The translations under genes and the position numbers were made by a program. DNA of 64,000 bases from Eledone cirrhosa (Eukaryota): positions 37,262,001 through 37,326,000 of the forward strand of contig OZ024746.1 of the NCBI GenBank assembly GCA_964016885.1. The letters are read 5' to 3'. Shown here in pieces: positions 46,821-61,883 of the stretch (position 1 is the first letter of the stretch; each line of letters begins with the position of its first letter). Below the pieces are notes generated by a model. The model saw only the letters and a program-made list of their open reading frames with translations, searched no databases and had not been told where the DNA came from.

Positions 46821-47336
46821 AATCTGAGTTTTTTGAATATTAATAAGAACATTCCATTCGTTTACAATTATGCACACAAGCCACAATTTTATAGCCATGT
46901 CTGTAGAATAAACTTCATTCTTGCTCATGTGTTAGCAGGTGAACGGAACTGCAGACACTAATGTTTCTGTGTATCACCCTTCATCAGTACAGTTCACTGT
47001 TCACATGCCGAACTGTCAGCGCTAGTAAAAATATATGCTATCTTCAAAATCCGATCAGTGACTGTATTTTTGAAAATAGCATATATTTTCTCTAGCTCTG
47101 ACAGTGTGGCAGGTGAACAGTGAGCTGTACTGATGAAGGGTGATACCCAAAAACATTAGTGTCTGCAGTTCTGTTCACATGCCAACACAGGTGCAAGAAT
47201 GAAGAGTTCATTCTACTGACATGGGTATACAATTGAGGATTGTTTGCATAATTGTAAACGAATCAAATGTTATTATTAATATTCGAAAAACTCAGATTAC
47301 ATTTATTGTATTCAGCCATGTAGAGCGAAAACTTTC

Positions 47337-47342
<6 letters not shown>
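46819..47342. repeat. Fold-back HHR element (~235-bp arms plus tail)
   Basis: 46819-47055 mirrors 47062-47300, between (TA)n runs. Confidence 0.9.
46949..46992 (-). ncRNA. Type I hammerhead ribozyme, intact core
   Basis: CTGTA-CTGATGA-AGGGTGATACACA-GAAA-CA(TTAG)TG-TC-TGCAG. The mirror copy at 47125-47168 (+) has a better stem II but AAAA for GAAA. Confidence 0.82.
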
Positions 47343-47393
<51 letters not shown>

Positions 47394-50089
47394 ACATACA
47401 AATAAATAAATTAATTCGTTTTAATTAAAGTAATACATTTAACAAAAAAGTGCAGGTATTAGACGAAAACTTTCTTTCAAATATTCATCATGCATAACTA
47501 TTCTAATAAATGCAATAAAATATAATAAACGAGTATGGATAACGTTATTTAAATACTTATTCAATGTGGTAAACATTTCCTATATAACAAAAAAAAAACA
47601 TTTATTGTCAGGGGATTATAATATGCATGAACTGAAAAAATGCTATCATGCGAGATATGTATCTCATCCTATGTCGATTGTCCATTACATTTACTAAATG
47701 TTGGCAAATTCTTTGTGTAAATAGATAAAATTTTCTTTTCGCAATTTCTACAAGAAATATTTATAATCATATTAGAATTTATGCTCAGGAGATATGCAGT
47801 CTAAAAGTTATTTTTTCTCTTCAAGTAACACAATCAATAAATCCCAAAAAGGTTTTCTAGTTCGGATAGTTTGAGGAATAAAAGAAATATTAAATATATA
47901 TATTAAATAATAATTGAAGAAAATATGCTATCTTGGGAGAAGGCTATGTTCCCATAATATAGGCATTATTTATATAAATATTTGAAAAACGAAAGTTGAC
48001 AATAAAATATTATTCTTTCTTGGTGAGAGTTTTAAGTTGATATCTGTTTTGAACTATGAATATGGATGGACATCTTAAAATACACTACAATATCATACAT
48101 GTATATAACACCCTCGATCAGTATTCGGTCATTAGACTGACATATTAGCTCGTGGAATTAATTATAAATAACCGAGTATTCCAGACATGTGTAACCATAA
48201 TTTAAATTCCAGGCTGAATCAGCGTATGTCAAGGTGTGAGATTATATTTACAGGTGAAAATCACCTGAAACAATTCAACACTTTTTCAATTTATGCAATG
48301 TGACTCAGAAAATTTCTGAGATCACAGAGCTTTTGTAAAATGCACATGCCTTATGAAAACGCATCACTTCAAGCTCAAGATCGTGGTCTAACGATCCTGC
48401 TGTCATTGGCTCGATTCCCAAAATGGTCGATGCATTTTGTCCTTTGTTAATACACTTCATTTTATGTTACATATGTCTAACCAATTGATCATTTTGAAAC
48501 AGAATATAGATATTCTTAATTACAACTCACATAGACACTCACGTATACGTTCTTTAGAGATCTAAAACCGGTGTCGTCATTTACATAGCGTCTCATACTA
48601 TAAACTGTACAGTGATTAGAATGACGAATGGAATTGAAATAACTATATCTCAGATTTGGGGATTAAAAGGAATAAAAGGAAGATCCTACACACATTCCGA
48701 AATGTAATGCACAATTAATTCATTAGGTGTTTGTTTTTTGTCAGTGTTCAAATGTTCGGTAAATGATTTGTGCAGCATCACCAAATGGAAGGTAAGTCAT
48801 GGTTCGTTAGAGGATCACGGTCGTGAAGTATTAAACATCATATTCAAATGAAGGGATTCATAGAGAGTCAGCCTTAACTTAAATACTTTAATAATAAGTG
48901 TCCCAGGGAGTTGACTCCTGAGATCTTGTTCACAGTCTATACATTTGTTTGTGTAGGTTTAGACAAGTTTGCACTTTAGTGTGTTTCCTTCTTTAAGGAA
49001 AGGTAAACTTTTTGAACCCTCGTTCGGTAGTTTAGTGAACTGAATTTGGTGGCTTTAGTAGTTATGTTACTAAAATGTAAACAATGGTTCTTCTCTAATT
49101 GATACAAATCTTTCGAATAGGTCACAGTTACCTGTACCAATTTGACACTAGCTTTCAGAAAATTGGAGATAAACAGATGTCAAATTGTTTGAGCGTTTCA
49201 CAGAAAATTTCATGTTAGAAATTGGTAACGATTTTGGCAAAAACTTGGCATACAAAATCTTGAAAGCCATCATTGGCACTTTTGTTGTTTTTGCGGAATC
49301 TGATTAAGAGATGCCTTTAGTATCGTTTGTTATTTAGGAGATTTCTGTCTGTCAAAGTAATATTTTAAGTACTTGCATATTATTATCTCTTAATTATTGG
49401 AATATTGGAATGGAAAAGACAAAAGTATGTAATTGTTTGTTTCTTTTCACCGTTTTGCAGCATGTATGAATTGGTGGTGCTAATGATTCTCTTAACATTT
49501 TTATTGCCCTGGAGCGTCTAAATGAAATCTAATATTCAATTTTCAGGTAACTAACATGTCTGGTATATAACATCATTTTAGATTTAGAGCCAAAATCACA
49601 TATATTTTATTGATGCGATTATGAGATGTATTAACATAAGGATGCTACGAGATGTTTTCTGTTAGAATCTATCGAAGTCTGTAATAGGTTACGCATTGCT
49701 TAACTGCAAATATAAGTTTCTACATTTGACCTTTGATCACATCTACGATCTATATACATAAGCCTTTCTACAGACATGTTTACAATGACACGCACTGATA
49801 TTTTCTGTAAAGACTTGTGATAAGTGTGAATAGTAAACGTGTATTAAACCTCCAGGAACTTTTTGTATGATGTACTCCAGGTATGTGTTGAAGAGCATAA
49901 AAGAGAGTTTCATCTTTTATTAAGAAGGGTACATGATAACTGCATAATTAGAGTTTGAAGGAAGCGATCTGCATGGTTGAAATTAAACTCGGTGCTGTAT
50001 AAACTGTTACACTCGTCCTTTCAAGTAATCCTGTGCAGTGCCCTCTACGTGTGAATAGAGTTTCATTGAATCAGGTAGAGAATGTGAAG

Positions 50090-50632
50090 TACCACGAGGC
50101 CGTGATGAGGAGTGATGGAAGCCAGGAGGCTAAATTAAGTGTATAAAATGCAGGAGCTGTTGCAATATTGAGCCAGTTTCAGCATCCAGTAATCAGAAAA
50201 AGGAGGCAAGTTTAAAAGTCCGAGTCGCTATCTTCAATTCGGTATTGCTGCCAACCTTCACCTATGTTCCTGAATCTTGGGTAATGACCGAATGAATATG
50301 ATCGCGAAAACAAACGGCCGAAGTGAAGTTCCTCCAATGGGTCTTTGGAGCAACGTAACTCGATAGAGTGCTTAACGCGGAAATCAGACAGTCCGAATGC
50401 GAGGGATGACAACTCACATACTATAAGCATATGGTTAGAATGGCTCTGGAAGGAATAGCTGGACATATGCTATGGGTAACACGAACAGGCACAAGACCGA
50501 ACAAGATGGTTGGCTAACATTGGTGAGTGTGGCTGTTGTCTTTCGTGTATTCAACCCGATCAATTGGAGAAGGTTGTCTGACATAACATGCTGAACAGAG
50601 TGTTTGAGGACTCTGTCCCCATGAAGAAGAAA

Positions 50633-50677
<45 letters not shown>

Positions 50678-50680
50678 AAG
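50090..50680 (+). mobile_element. Decayed RTE-clade LINE 3' end with (TAG)n tail
   Basis: Translates to KKEASLKVRVAIFNSVLLPTFTYVPESWVMTE...TAEVKFLQWVFGAT*LDRVLNAEIR...HMVRM, followed by (TAG)n. Confidence 0.75.
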
Positions 50681-50709
50681 CAGCAGCAGCAGCGGCAGGA
50701 ATACATGTA

Positions 50710-51160
50710 TAACTAGACCTGAAAAATGCGCAAGCTCAAAAGTGCCACAAAATGTTATAATGAACCTTCAAAGATGTGGGACTAGAATTGTTGCTCAAAA
50801 ATATTGTAATCATTATCTATCGCACACTCTGTGGCATCCTTTTATAAATAAAGAGACTCATACCGAACTTAAGACGACACGATCATTATTTAAGCTAATG
50901 TTCAATATCTCATATTAGATGTTTAATAATGATTAATACGAAATGCACTTGAACCGAATTGTATATTATAAATTCACTTAAATAATTATCGCGTCGTCTT
51001 GAGTTCGTTATGAGTCTCTTTTTTTATAAAAGGATGCCACAGAGTGTACGATATATAATCATTACATTATTTTTGAGCAACAACTCAAGTCCCACACTTT
51101 TGGAGGTTTATTATAACATTCTGTGGCTTTTTTGTGCTTGCGCATTTTTCAGGTCTAGTT
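50710..51160. repeat. MITE-like inverted repeat (~185-bp arms)
   Basis: AACTAGACCTGAAAAATGCGCAAG at 50711 mirrors CTTGCGCATTTTTCAGGTCTAGTT ending at 51160. No HHR found. Confidence 0.75.
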
Positions 51161-52263
51161 TAATATTGTTTAAGGCAACGCTTGTAATAACTCTAGTTAA
51201 ACATGATACATATTAATAATAAATTATCGTCGTAATGTAATTAGATTATATAATTGTTATTTTATAAATGATCTTATAAATATTATTGTAAGAGGTCTAA
51301 AAATATTTTCAGACTTTTAATAGTTAACATAAATTTAAAAAATCATATATAAATTAACAACATAACTTACCAAAACGAGAAAAATATTTTGATGACAAAC
51401 GACGAAATACGGGAGGAAGATTCGAAAGCGAAACGATAAATAAACGTGGAAACAATGTGGCGGATGCTTCTGAGCAACAATTAATCTGGTTGGTTGATTA
51501 GCCAATAAGATGATGAAATTAGCCTATAAGACGATACATTACAAAAGATGTTTGGGAGGCATCACCACGACCAACAATAGCTCTTGAAACTTTTATTCAC
51601 AAGCTACATCACATCACTCAGACACGCACACTTAAAACATACTGTTGTTAGTCACTGCTTGTCTAACAGATGTTGTTTTCGATAGTGTAATCGTTAATCA
51701 AGTAACCCAAACAATCGATGATATTGAAGAGGTTATGATAGGAGTATGACTGGTGCTACACATGTGTGACGGTTAGCAAACTATTGTTAAATGCATTCTA
51801 CACTATATTACTTTTGGACTTATTCTTTTGTCAAAGCTGTCATATATCTTTAGCATAAAATAAAATAACATGGTTGCAATCAAATCTAAAGCACCTTTCC
51901 GATGACAACGTAGTTTTATTGTTTTCTGTATTGAAAATAACATAGTGTAAAATAGGAAAAATATTAAAGATATCATAATCTTCAATATTCATTCAGAAAC
52001 ACCACAAAGGTATTTTTTTTCAGATTATTTTCAACCTAGATTTAACTTTGTGAAATCATATACGTTTTTATAGAATGCTTGCAGCTAAGAGGGCAGAAGA
52101 GAATAAATGAGCAGGTTTAATCTGCACTAGCTGTAGCTATAGATATTGTAGATATACACCCTTTTAAATATTAATAATTACCTCACTACCAGTGACATAT
52201 ATATGCACACAGATAACGTATGCACACACACATGCACAAACACACACACATGCACACACATGC

Positions 52264-52299
<36 letters not shown>

Positions 52300-52482
52300 A
52301 AAGGGTGTGGTAGGAACCAGATGGACCGTAATGCAGCAGAGTACTCAATACTTAGGGTAGTATAGCGGGTAATAGGAATATGTATGACCGCGACGGCAGA
52401 GGTCAAACCTTTTCGACGGCTATTTCATTCCAGAATGAGCTGTCTAAACGGCTTGACCTCTGCCGTCGGGGTCATACATTTT

Positions 52483-52531
<49 letters not shown>

Positions 52532-52546
52532 ACAGATATATATATA

Positions 52547-52589
<43 letters not shown>

Positions 52590-52711
52590 GAAAAAACAAA
52601 GATGTCTCTGATATTTATATGTATATTTATATATCTCATATATATATATATATATATATATATGAGATATATAAATATACATATAAATATCAGAGACATC
52701 TTTGTTTTTTC

Positions 52712-52792
<81 letters not shown>

Positions 52793-52807
52793 TATATATA
52801 TATCTGT

Positions 52808-52853
<46 letters not shown>

Positions 52854-53005
52854 TAGAAAAAGAGGTAGTGGAATGGGACAGAGTTTGTTACATTGATAGC
52901 TATATAGAAATACAAAATTCCTGCGAGGTTGACGTTGTATTCTTTCAAACCGTCTTTTCCAGATATCAGACAATAATGAAAATTAAAAGTAATATTTATA
53001 ATTAC

Positions 53006-53560
53006 TTAACCCTTAAGACGTAATAGATTTCCCTGAATATACTTTCATATGATGTTCAACAACACGGTTTAAGTAAGACCGTATTTATCGCCTGTATTGG
53101 CTTAATTATATAATTGATACTATATAACTTTGCTTGATGAAGAACATATTTTTTTCGATATGTATAAAAGGAATCCCAAGCGATCAAAGTAACTATATAT
53201 TTCATAGTTCTCATTCCGATACCAGCAACGGATTCTCTTACCAAAGTATACTTATTTAAGGATCAACAGAAGATTTCAAATGGTGGATATATAATTGGAT
53301 TGACACCATTCAAAATATGGTACCTTTTTTCAGAACATGTAATGAACTGCTGTTCTCTCATACAGATATTACGTGTTTCCACGAAGAACAATTGTATGCA
53401 TTCTAAAGTTACTGAGGAAGACGGATATATGTCAGTAGAAAGTGTGAGACAATTCTGAAGACTATACAATTGAAACTGCCTTTCAGACAAAGCGTATGCA
53501 CCGCTAAATTCCTTCGCTTCAACCGCAACATATGGTTTTCTAGAGTCAGTCTTTTTAATT
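53006..53560 (+). mobile_element. Possible piggyBac-like DNA transposon relic (left end)
   Basis: TTAACCCTT start, then weak peptide resemblance to a piggyBac N-terminal region (LTPFKIWYLFSE..., VTEED, LPSDKAY across frameshifts). No right end found. Confidence 0.3.
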
Positions 53561-55943
53561 AATATCTGTTTAGTCAACATGTCTATTATATAATTAAAAT
53601 AGTGATTAATGGCGAACTGCTTCCTAAATATATTGCACTAACACGGATTATCTGCAGTAAACAATGATTACAATCGTTCCACATACTACACTGAATGGAA
53701 TGTAGAGTAAGTGCAATGACAGTATTTCTAGCTAGGACTGCCATACCATATTAAAATCATTTATAACATTTAAAGTCGCGTATTAGAACGTCCAGATCTG
53801 AGATTAAAAATGTAATTAATGTACCTAGTTTACATCAATAAGTATGATGCCAGTGATAAAATATTGCTAATACATTGGTTTCTGTTTGTGCGCATATATG
53901 TGTTGGTGTGTGTGTGCTAATATGAAGATAAATATATAGAATTCAAAGTGGAGGTTTACTTTGTTGAGGTAGATTGTAAATAACGTGTAACTATACTAAA
54001 ATTCTGAAATAAACACGCATAGAAACCCCAATAAATATCAAGAGCTGAAATTGCAAGATCATGTCATTTAGATTTAATCATAATTCGTGTTAGCAACAGT
54101 AGTTTGAGAATGGCTTAGATTTGAGATTATTTGTTTAATATATGGGTTTGCAGGCTGAACACGCTATAACACATGCACATAGCAAAATGTGTAAAAGGAG
54201 AAGTGTCGTAAACTAAATATGACTACATGCACACATCAAAAAATATAAAATAGGCTTAATAATGGTTCACTTACAACAGTATACAATGTGCCTGTGACAT
54301 GTTTTCAAATTTAATATTACAGTCTCGGAATGAATATTAAACCGTTCAAACATAATAAATATGGAAATAATATGGAATTATTATGTGCATATTCATGCTA
54401 AATTATTATATTACGTACAATATCAAGTTTTTGACATTAAACATCCTGTTCATATTCATATGTATATATATTTAGCCCAGTGTATAGAGAAGGCGATGGG
54501 TACATTTACTTTGCAAGTCTTTTGAATATCGTGTGAGAGATCTAATTTAGTGTGAATAAATGTACGTCATCCTTTGCACAAATTACAGTGGGCAGATCAA
54601 ACAATGTGCAGATCAAACCAACACTTGCATGCGGTCTATTAATCTGCTAGAACTCAATATCACAATTCCCTCACTTGTTCCAAATTTCTTCGATCTTTCT
54701 GAACAATTTCATTTCTCAAAACGTACTACGTAGAAGCGATATGTTTTCTCATACTAATGAGGATGTCATGAAAGAGTAAGATAGAGACAGAAAAATAGTG
54801 AAGTGGGTTTGTTCTACATGCACACACACACAGACAGCATCTCAGGGTAAATTTGGAACATGGCTCATATTATAGACACCATATGCAGGTACGGTATTTG
54901 TATACGCATAAAATAGTGTAACAAAATGTTGTATAGATTCATATAACGTATTCAGGGTAAAATTGTTATAGTAAAATCATCTATTTAAAACTAGGTTCTG
55001 ATACAGCAAATGTATGGTTGTACATATGCTAAATAACCAAATCGGGAGCAGATGGCTTCTTAGTGTCTCGAAATATTACCTTATGTAATTTAATAAGTGT
55101 CTTAAAATAACTCCTTGTATAACGGTATATGGATTTCAATAAGAATAGAAAAAAGAAACAAGTTTTTCGCGAATGCAATATCATTGATTAGATAAGGGAC
55201 GATTTCCGGCCAAGTCACAAGTCAATTAACAAACAGTGATTCTTTTAAATTCGAATATTTGTCCCAGAAAAGTAACATTTCAAGAGCGAATTGAATCTAA
55301 CTTCGGAAATGGCAGGTAATTATTTAATCGATTTCCATGCATTTACAACAATATTGATATCGGATGCATTTTAATTCTGAATGCATAAATATAACTAAAA
55401 CATTGTACACACAATAAGGTGTTTGAAAATTGAATACGCCGATTGCTAAAACAATATTAATTGCCCATATTAATGCAAACAATTATATTAAATCTATTTG
55501 CAATAGAAATGTATACTTAAAGGAATCAATTTATTAATGAAGAATAATTATTCATCTTTTTGACCTTGAAATATAAAAGGTAGTGTCAAAATTGCCGGTA
55601 TCTGAAATCGAATCAATCTTTATGAACTCTTTTCAGTTCGATTCCTGATACTGCCTGAGTTCAACAGTGCAGGGTTCAATCAATAGAATCAAAATTATTA
55701 CATATATTTATTTAATCGAATCCCCAGTAAGAAAGCGGAAAGCTGTCTCTGGACTGATTTGAAGTCGGAAACACAAACCATGTAAAGATTCTAAATATTA
55801 GAATATGATTGGAAATATTTAAATAACAATCATACCATATTAAGCAATTGATATATTATTGGAAATGTTGTAATCATGTTATCAACATATAAATAAGCAA
55901 TACCAATAGAGAACAAACTCAGAAATTAAATGGTCCTAATAAT

Positions 55944-56130
55944 TGTTTCTACTTTTGGCACAAGGCCAGCAAATTACCCAGTACATTACTGGTACTTTAT
56001 TTTAGCGAGCGCGTAGGGATGAAAGGCAAAGTTAACATCGGCGGGATTTGAACTCAGACCGTAAATGAACGTAACTATGCGGGAAAGCATGGCGCCCGAC
56101 TCTCTACCGATACTGCCAATCGACAGTTCC
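55944..56130 (-). mobile_element. tRNA-derived SINE with 13-bp target-site duplication
   Basis: Full copy flanked by TGGTCCTAATAAT at 55931-55943 and 56131-56143. Confidence 0.92.
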
Positions 56131-58177
56131 TGGTCCTAATAATAAGCAGTCACAAGCTAGTTTACTTGTGATCTACGTTTACCAACAGACTATCGTTCTC
56201 ATTGAACATGAATAATTATTTCTTTTATTGACATTACGGAAGGATAACATTCAACAAAAAAAAAACAAGCGAATATCACGTAATTATGTTATCGATCATT
56301 GAGATATTAAGAAACCCGAAAATATTGAAACCAGATGACAGAAGAAAATAAATAGAATTAAATACATACTGCTAATACTTTACAATATATTTTAAGAACA
56401 AAATAAACTAGACAAATTCTAACTGTTGTAAGGGCACATGAAATAACAGAAACGGCGAATAATTCTTAAATCAAACACTACAGTCTTAAAATGGGACGAC
56501 TATCCATCCTATAAAATGAAGAACAGGCTAAAATATATGACAACGAAGGAAAATAATATATTTTAATTGTTAGGGTTTAGGGAAGAGAGAGTGTCAATAT
56601 CTTTGAAACATATAGATCGATGACACTAAAGCCCCTTTTAAACTGTTGCAAGTTTACTCCAATAGAGTAAGATATAATCAAGTCCTGAGAGCCGACGTTT
56701 TGAGAAAGTAATGGGTGTAATGGTGTGTGCGTGGTCGAGTTGCATGCAGCATGGATTACAAGAGATGAGGACAGCAGTGACCAGTATTGACGAATTGAAA
56801 GTTCATTCGACCAGCACATTATAGGTTGCAGGGGCCACTATGCTTTCTTGAAATACTCACGACTTCTGTTTCTCATATTGGATAACATACACAGTTGTGT
56901 ATGATTTCTAAATTGCGTGTGATTAATGCTAGATTTTTGGCGGTTGATATTTGTACAACGTAGTGTCTATTAAGTGAATGTTATAATGAAAAGTAGTTTT
57001 ATGTAAATACCGAACTATTAGGCGAGCAATAGATTATAACGTATAGATAAAGAGTATTTTATAAAACAGGATGGTTGATAAAGACCGAAAAAATACGAAA
57101 GTGGGAAGTTTTTAGATTAGGCTGCCAAAGTGGAGAAGGAAAGTGATGACGGCAGACGAAAGAAAAAATAAGTTCACTATAATGACAGTTTGTGGTTGTT
57201 ATTAAGAGCAAAATACAGTGAGAGAGAGGTGTGGTTGAATGTTAGGTAGACGAAGATAATTTCTGGTCTGATATATCACACACTTTATATACGTTGTCCT
57301 AGTTTTCTTCGTCGCTTTTTATAAAATATTAAAGAGATTATTACTCTTAAATATAATGTGTCCTTTTGTCTATATTAAAATTGCTACGTCTTTGGCTAAA
57401 ATCACCTTTATCCATATTATTAATATTGTTATTAAGAAAATAACCGTAACGTCGTTATTACCACATTAATATCTATCTTATGAAAAGTCATTGATGTGCG
57501 TATTTTTAATGTTTCATATCTTTGCTTTCTCCGAATATTCTTTTCCTTTTTATAACTATTATATCTGCCATGGCTGCTGAAGTATTATTTTAATGGGATA
57601 TTCCTTACTTTACCATCTAATCTAAAATATCCTAAAGGAACCTACACTATATAATCATTTTAAGTAACCTGGAAATTTGAAATATGAGATTTGAAATATA
57701 AGCTATAGTGATTTCGCAAACTGATATAAGTTTGGATTAGTCCCGACATGTCCATCACACAAGGACCTTCACACTTGTAAAGTAACGTGCACTTTCGAGA
57801 CTTAGATGTAACTGCGGATTGATCAACATTATTTTACTAAAGGCTTATTTGATCAATTATTGGCAATATGCAGCACTGCTAAAGTCGGAACCTTTCATAA
57901 AATTTGGTATTATTTGCCCTTAATTTGACGTTTCAGTATATTTGGTACTATGTCTGGATTTTTGGTATGTTTTTGAGAATGTACGTGTTTTGCGAATTTG
58001 GCTTAATTGATACTCTAAAATCACCATTAACTGATTTAACCTTCATTGGCTATAATGATTTTACGCCTAGAAGCTATCTATTAAATATATTTGCCCATCT
58101 GATCTCACTTGACATCAATAATCTAGCGTATTATTTCAAATCGGTGCGCAACCATCTCCTGTGTTTTGCTGTTAGTC

Positions 58178-58361
58178 AATAATTGTTTCTACTATTGGCA
58201 CAAGGCCAGAAATTACCCAGTACATTACTGGTACTTTATTTTATCGACCCCGTAAGGATGAAAGGCAAAGTTAACCTCGGCGGGATTTGAACTCAGAATG
58301 GCAAGAGCCGTAACTCTATGCGTCAAAGCATGGCGTCCGACCCTCTACCGATACTGCCAAT
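58178..58361 (-). mobile_element. tRNA-derived SINE
   Basis: Full copy of the same family. Confidence 0.9.
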
Positions 58362-59309
58362 AACGCGCTATTCGCTCCCAATGCATCAGTGGACGTTTAA
58401 CTTGGATAGTTTCCGCAGGCAATCTAAAAATAGACAGATTAAGACGAATCCTTTTAAGACATACCTATTAATTGAGTTCAAGCAGTTGTGTCACGCCGTG
58501 CAAGGTGCTTTGATTGGGTCATCTTTCAATATCTGAAATGGTTTCCTTTTTTCGGAAACATGCGAAAGTCTGAGAAAGGGGAATCGAAAGAAAAAATGAT
58601 ATAATAATAGGATGGAGAGAGAAAAAGAGAGAGAGGGGGTGGAGGGAGGGATAACGTAAGAAACACCGGCAAATGAGGAAAAGGAAAAAAGTGAGAGAAA
58701 TAGCTGAGTGCAAGTACGTGGTTTTGATTTTTTTTTTAGATAGATCACAGTAATTGTAGAAAAATTGAGGATCAGCAGACGCCGAAGTTCAGCGGAAATT
58801 ATGGCGATGAAGCCGAAATTGCAATCATGATATTTTCTTGGCGGAGTAGCTTTATATAATTGTCACCATTAGGACAAAATGAATACTTGTTGATTTAATC
58901 GTTTCTTTCATTCCAAAGTTTGTGAACTTACGGTTATGTAGGAAGTCATTATTGGTGGAAATATAATTCATAAACACGCAATCTTAATGTAAGCGCAGGG
59001 ATTGGGCAAAAGTGATTTTAAATGGAAATGTGATTAATTGCAGTACAACAGAATTTAAAACAAATGAATCGTCATGTGTCGATTTCGATTTCTGAAGCTG
59101 ATATAAACAGACTGAAATGTAACCAATGTTTTGAGTAGAATCACATACATTCATGTGGACTGCAACTGAGAGGCTGAGTGTCATCCAGGAAGGATTCTTG
59201 CTGTTTGGAAAATGCTTGGACACAGCGGAACAAATTTCCAAGGGCTTTAGATATTAAGCACAAGTAAGTTAATAATATTATTACGAATATATTATGGAAA
59301 TACCTGTTA

Positions 59310-59668
59310 TACATACATGATGGCTGCAAATTCTGCCAAGAGTATTGCTATCGCTTGTCAGATTCAGATGTGTGACGCTCAGATTTGGCTTTTCTAGGCT
59401 GCTAGAGACTTGCACTTCTTCACAAACTGATGACAGCTCTGGAAGTCCTTGGCCTGAGGTCCTGCATCGGGTCACCTGTGAAGCCGTACAGCGCCGTGGA
59501 GATCATAGTTCATTTGTTCTCTTTGAACATGGCCGCGACTGTGGCTCCTGAAACCAGATTTGGTCAAGAAAATGTTCCCACACTCAGGGCACTTCAATTC
59601 AATGGAGACACCGATCGTTTCGAGAGATACACCAGGGCATTGCTTACGCACCCCTCATTGATCTTTCC
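59310..59668 (-). mobile_element. LINE (RTE-BovB-like) 3' end with C2H2 zinc finger
   Basis: Minus frame reads [24 protein letters not shown] (C-x2-C-x12-H-x3-H), then a decayed second finger ([10 protein letters not shown]) and a short ATGT tail. Confidence 0.55.
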
Positions 59669-59682
59669 ATACATATATACAT

Positions 59683-59740
<58 letters not shown>

Positions 59741-59882
59741 TCATAAATATATACATATACATATGTACATACACATATATACATATACATATGTACATAT
59801 AAATATATACATATACATATGTACATATAAATATATACATATACATATATACATATATACATATACATATACATATGTACAT

Positions 59883-61242
59883 ATCTAAGGCGGGTAAAAT
59901 AAAATTCCCGAGATCCATGGACGAGTTCTCTCCAGCGGTCTCTGTCCCTCATTATCGCTGCCATGTCCTGCATCTCCAACAAACCAGTGTCTGTCCTTAG
60001 GGCATCAACATACGTTAACCTTGGTCTTCCTCTTCTAGTGTGTCCATGTAGGGGCTACCAAAGGAGTACTGAGTGCAATGTCAACTCTGGATGTCGGTGA
60101 GCTTGTCCAGCTAACCTCTGTCTCCTCTGTGTCACTTTTGAGCTGACTTTTGGGATGCTCCCATACAGCTCTGAGTTTTTCATCCTCAGTGTATACTGAT
60201 TAATGTTCAGAGCTATCCTCAGCATTCTCGGGTAGCACCCATCCACCATCTGAGTGAGTTTCTTGGTCAGTGTCCAAGTCTCAGACCCATACAGCAGCAC
60301 AGACTCCACTACAGCAATGAAGAGGCGGATTTTCAGGTCTCTACGAAGGTCCGACTTCTACACCGATCTCAAGCTGTGGCACGCCGCCCAGGCCTTGCTC
60401 TTCCTCTCAACCACATCATCTTCCGTATTCCCAATCTTTGCTCCCAAATACAGGAAGTCCTCAACCAATTCCAGCGGCTTCTCGCCTACATTAGTGATCC
60501 CCTCTGGCTTCTCAACATTCTCTACCAGATATTTTGTTTTAGTCTCATTCATTCTCAGCCCCACACTCATCGACGCAGTCTCAACCTCCCGCATCAAATC
60601 CTCTGCCTCCTTCACTGTATTTGTCACCAAAACTATGTCGTCGGCAAATTCAGCACCTGATACCTTTTTCGCCCTAACTCTCCTGCTCTGAGCTGGTGCT
60701 ACAGTAAATCCAGAGTCCTGGTGTTTCTCCAGTGCAAGGCGCATACAATAGTCCACTACGATGATAAAAAGGTAGGGAGCCAATGTATCTCCCTGGAGCA
60801 CTCCAGCCAGTATCTCAAAGAACTCTGTCATCCCATCAGGTGTAATGACTTGGGCTTTGGTGTTGGTATAGAGCAGTGATATCAGGCCCACTATCTTTTG
60901 GGGGATTCCATAAGCCTGTAAGATCTTCATCAGGTAGTAACGGTCCACAGAATCAAAGGCCTTCCTAAAGTCAATGAAAACCATGACCGCAGGAACGCAC
61001 TTTGCTCTAGCTCCCTCTAATATCCTCCTCAGCATCAGCATGTGACTGGTGGTTGATCTACCCTCTCTGAAGCCGATCTGGCTGTCCCTGAGCTTCTTCT
61101 CCATCTCAGGCTGGATCCTGTTAAGAATCATCCTGTTGAGGGTCTTTGCCACAAGTGACGTCAGTGAGATCCCCCGGTAGTTGTTAGTGTTAGAGAGATC
61201 TCCCTTCTTTGGCACTGGGACGATGTTACTGATCTTCCACTG
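59883..61242 (-). mobile_element. 5'-truncated RTE-like LINE, reverse transcriptase region
   Basis: ORF 60358-61215 has PKKGDLS-NYRGISL, QIGFREGRST, FIDFRKAFDSV, GVLQGDTLAPYLF, FADDIVL and FLYLGA, continuing into SVLLYGSETWTL. TAG stops at 60358 and 60055. TA-rich repeats on both sides. Confidence 0.93.
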
Positions 61243-61626
61243 TACATATATACATAGATATATATATATAAATGCATATATACATACATATATATATATT
61301 CAAAAGTAAGATTTATTTTAAGAAATCCAACACAGGTGTAAAAAGAGGAAAAACAGATTTGAAAAACCAAATGGAGGCTTTAAGAAGGTTTATTTACTGC
61401 TCAGCGTTTAAGACAGGGCGTTGCCATGCCAAGCAAGTTGACAACATCCTGAACTCTGCAATGATAATATTATCTGGCACACTGAAATCTGCAACTACAA
61501 TGTAGCTTCTTGTCTCATTTGGTGTCAGGTGATGATCCGCGATGCAGCACTTCTTACGAAATTGTGGCCCGCCCTTGCCATCCATGACGACCTGGAAAAC
61601 CATTCTGGGAATATATATATATATGA

Positions 61627-61708
<82 letters not shown>

Positions 61709-61836
61709 AAGTTAAAACATTTGACTTTTTATTTAACTTTATTTTACATTACTCCGGAGTAACCAAACCAACCTGCGCACTTCGTCGAGTGCTCCAGGGT
61801 GCATACTGAGGTGTTGGTATACAACCAACATATACT

Positions 61837-61883
<47 letters not shown>

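Noticed and set aside
48830-49300. Possible ancient LINE RT on the minus strand
   Set aside because: Hints such as ES*C and EPLFTF are too decayed to call by eye.
49530-49555. TTTTCAG/GTAACT as a recursive splice site
   Set aside because: Weak pyrimidine tract and non-consensus donor; expected by chance in 64 kb.
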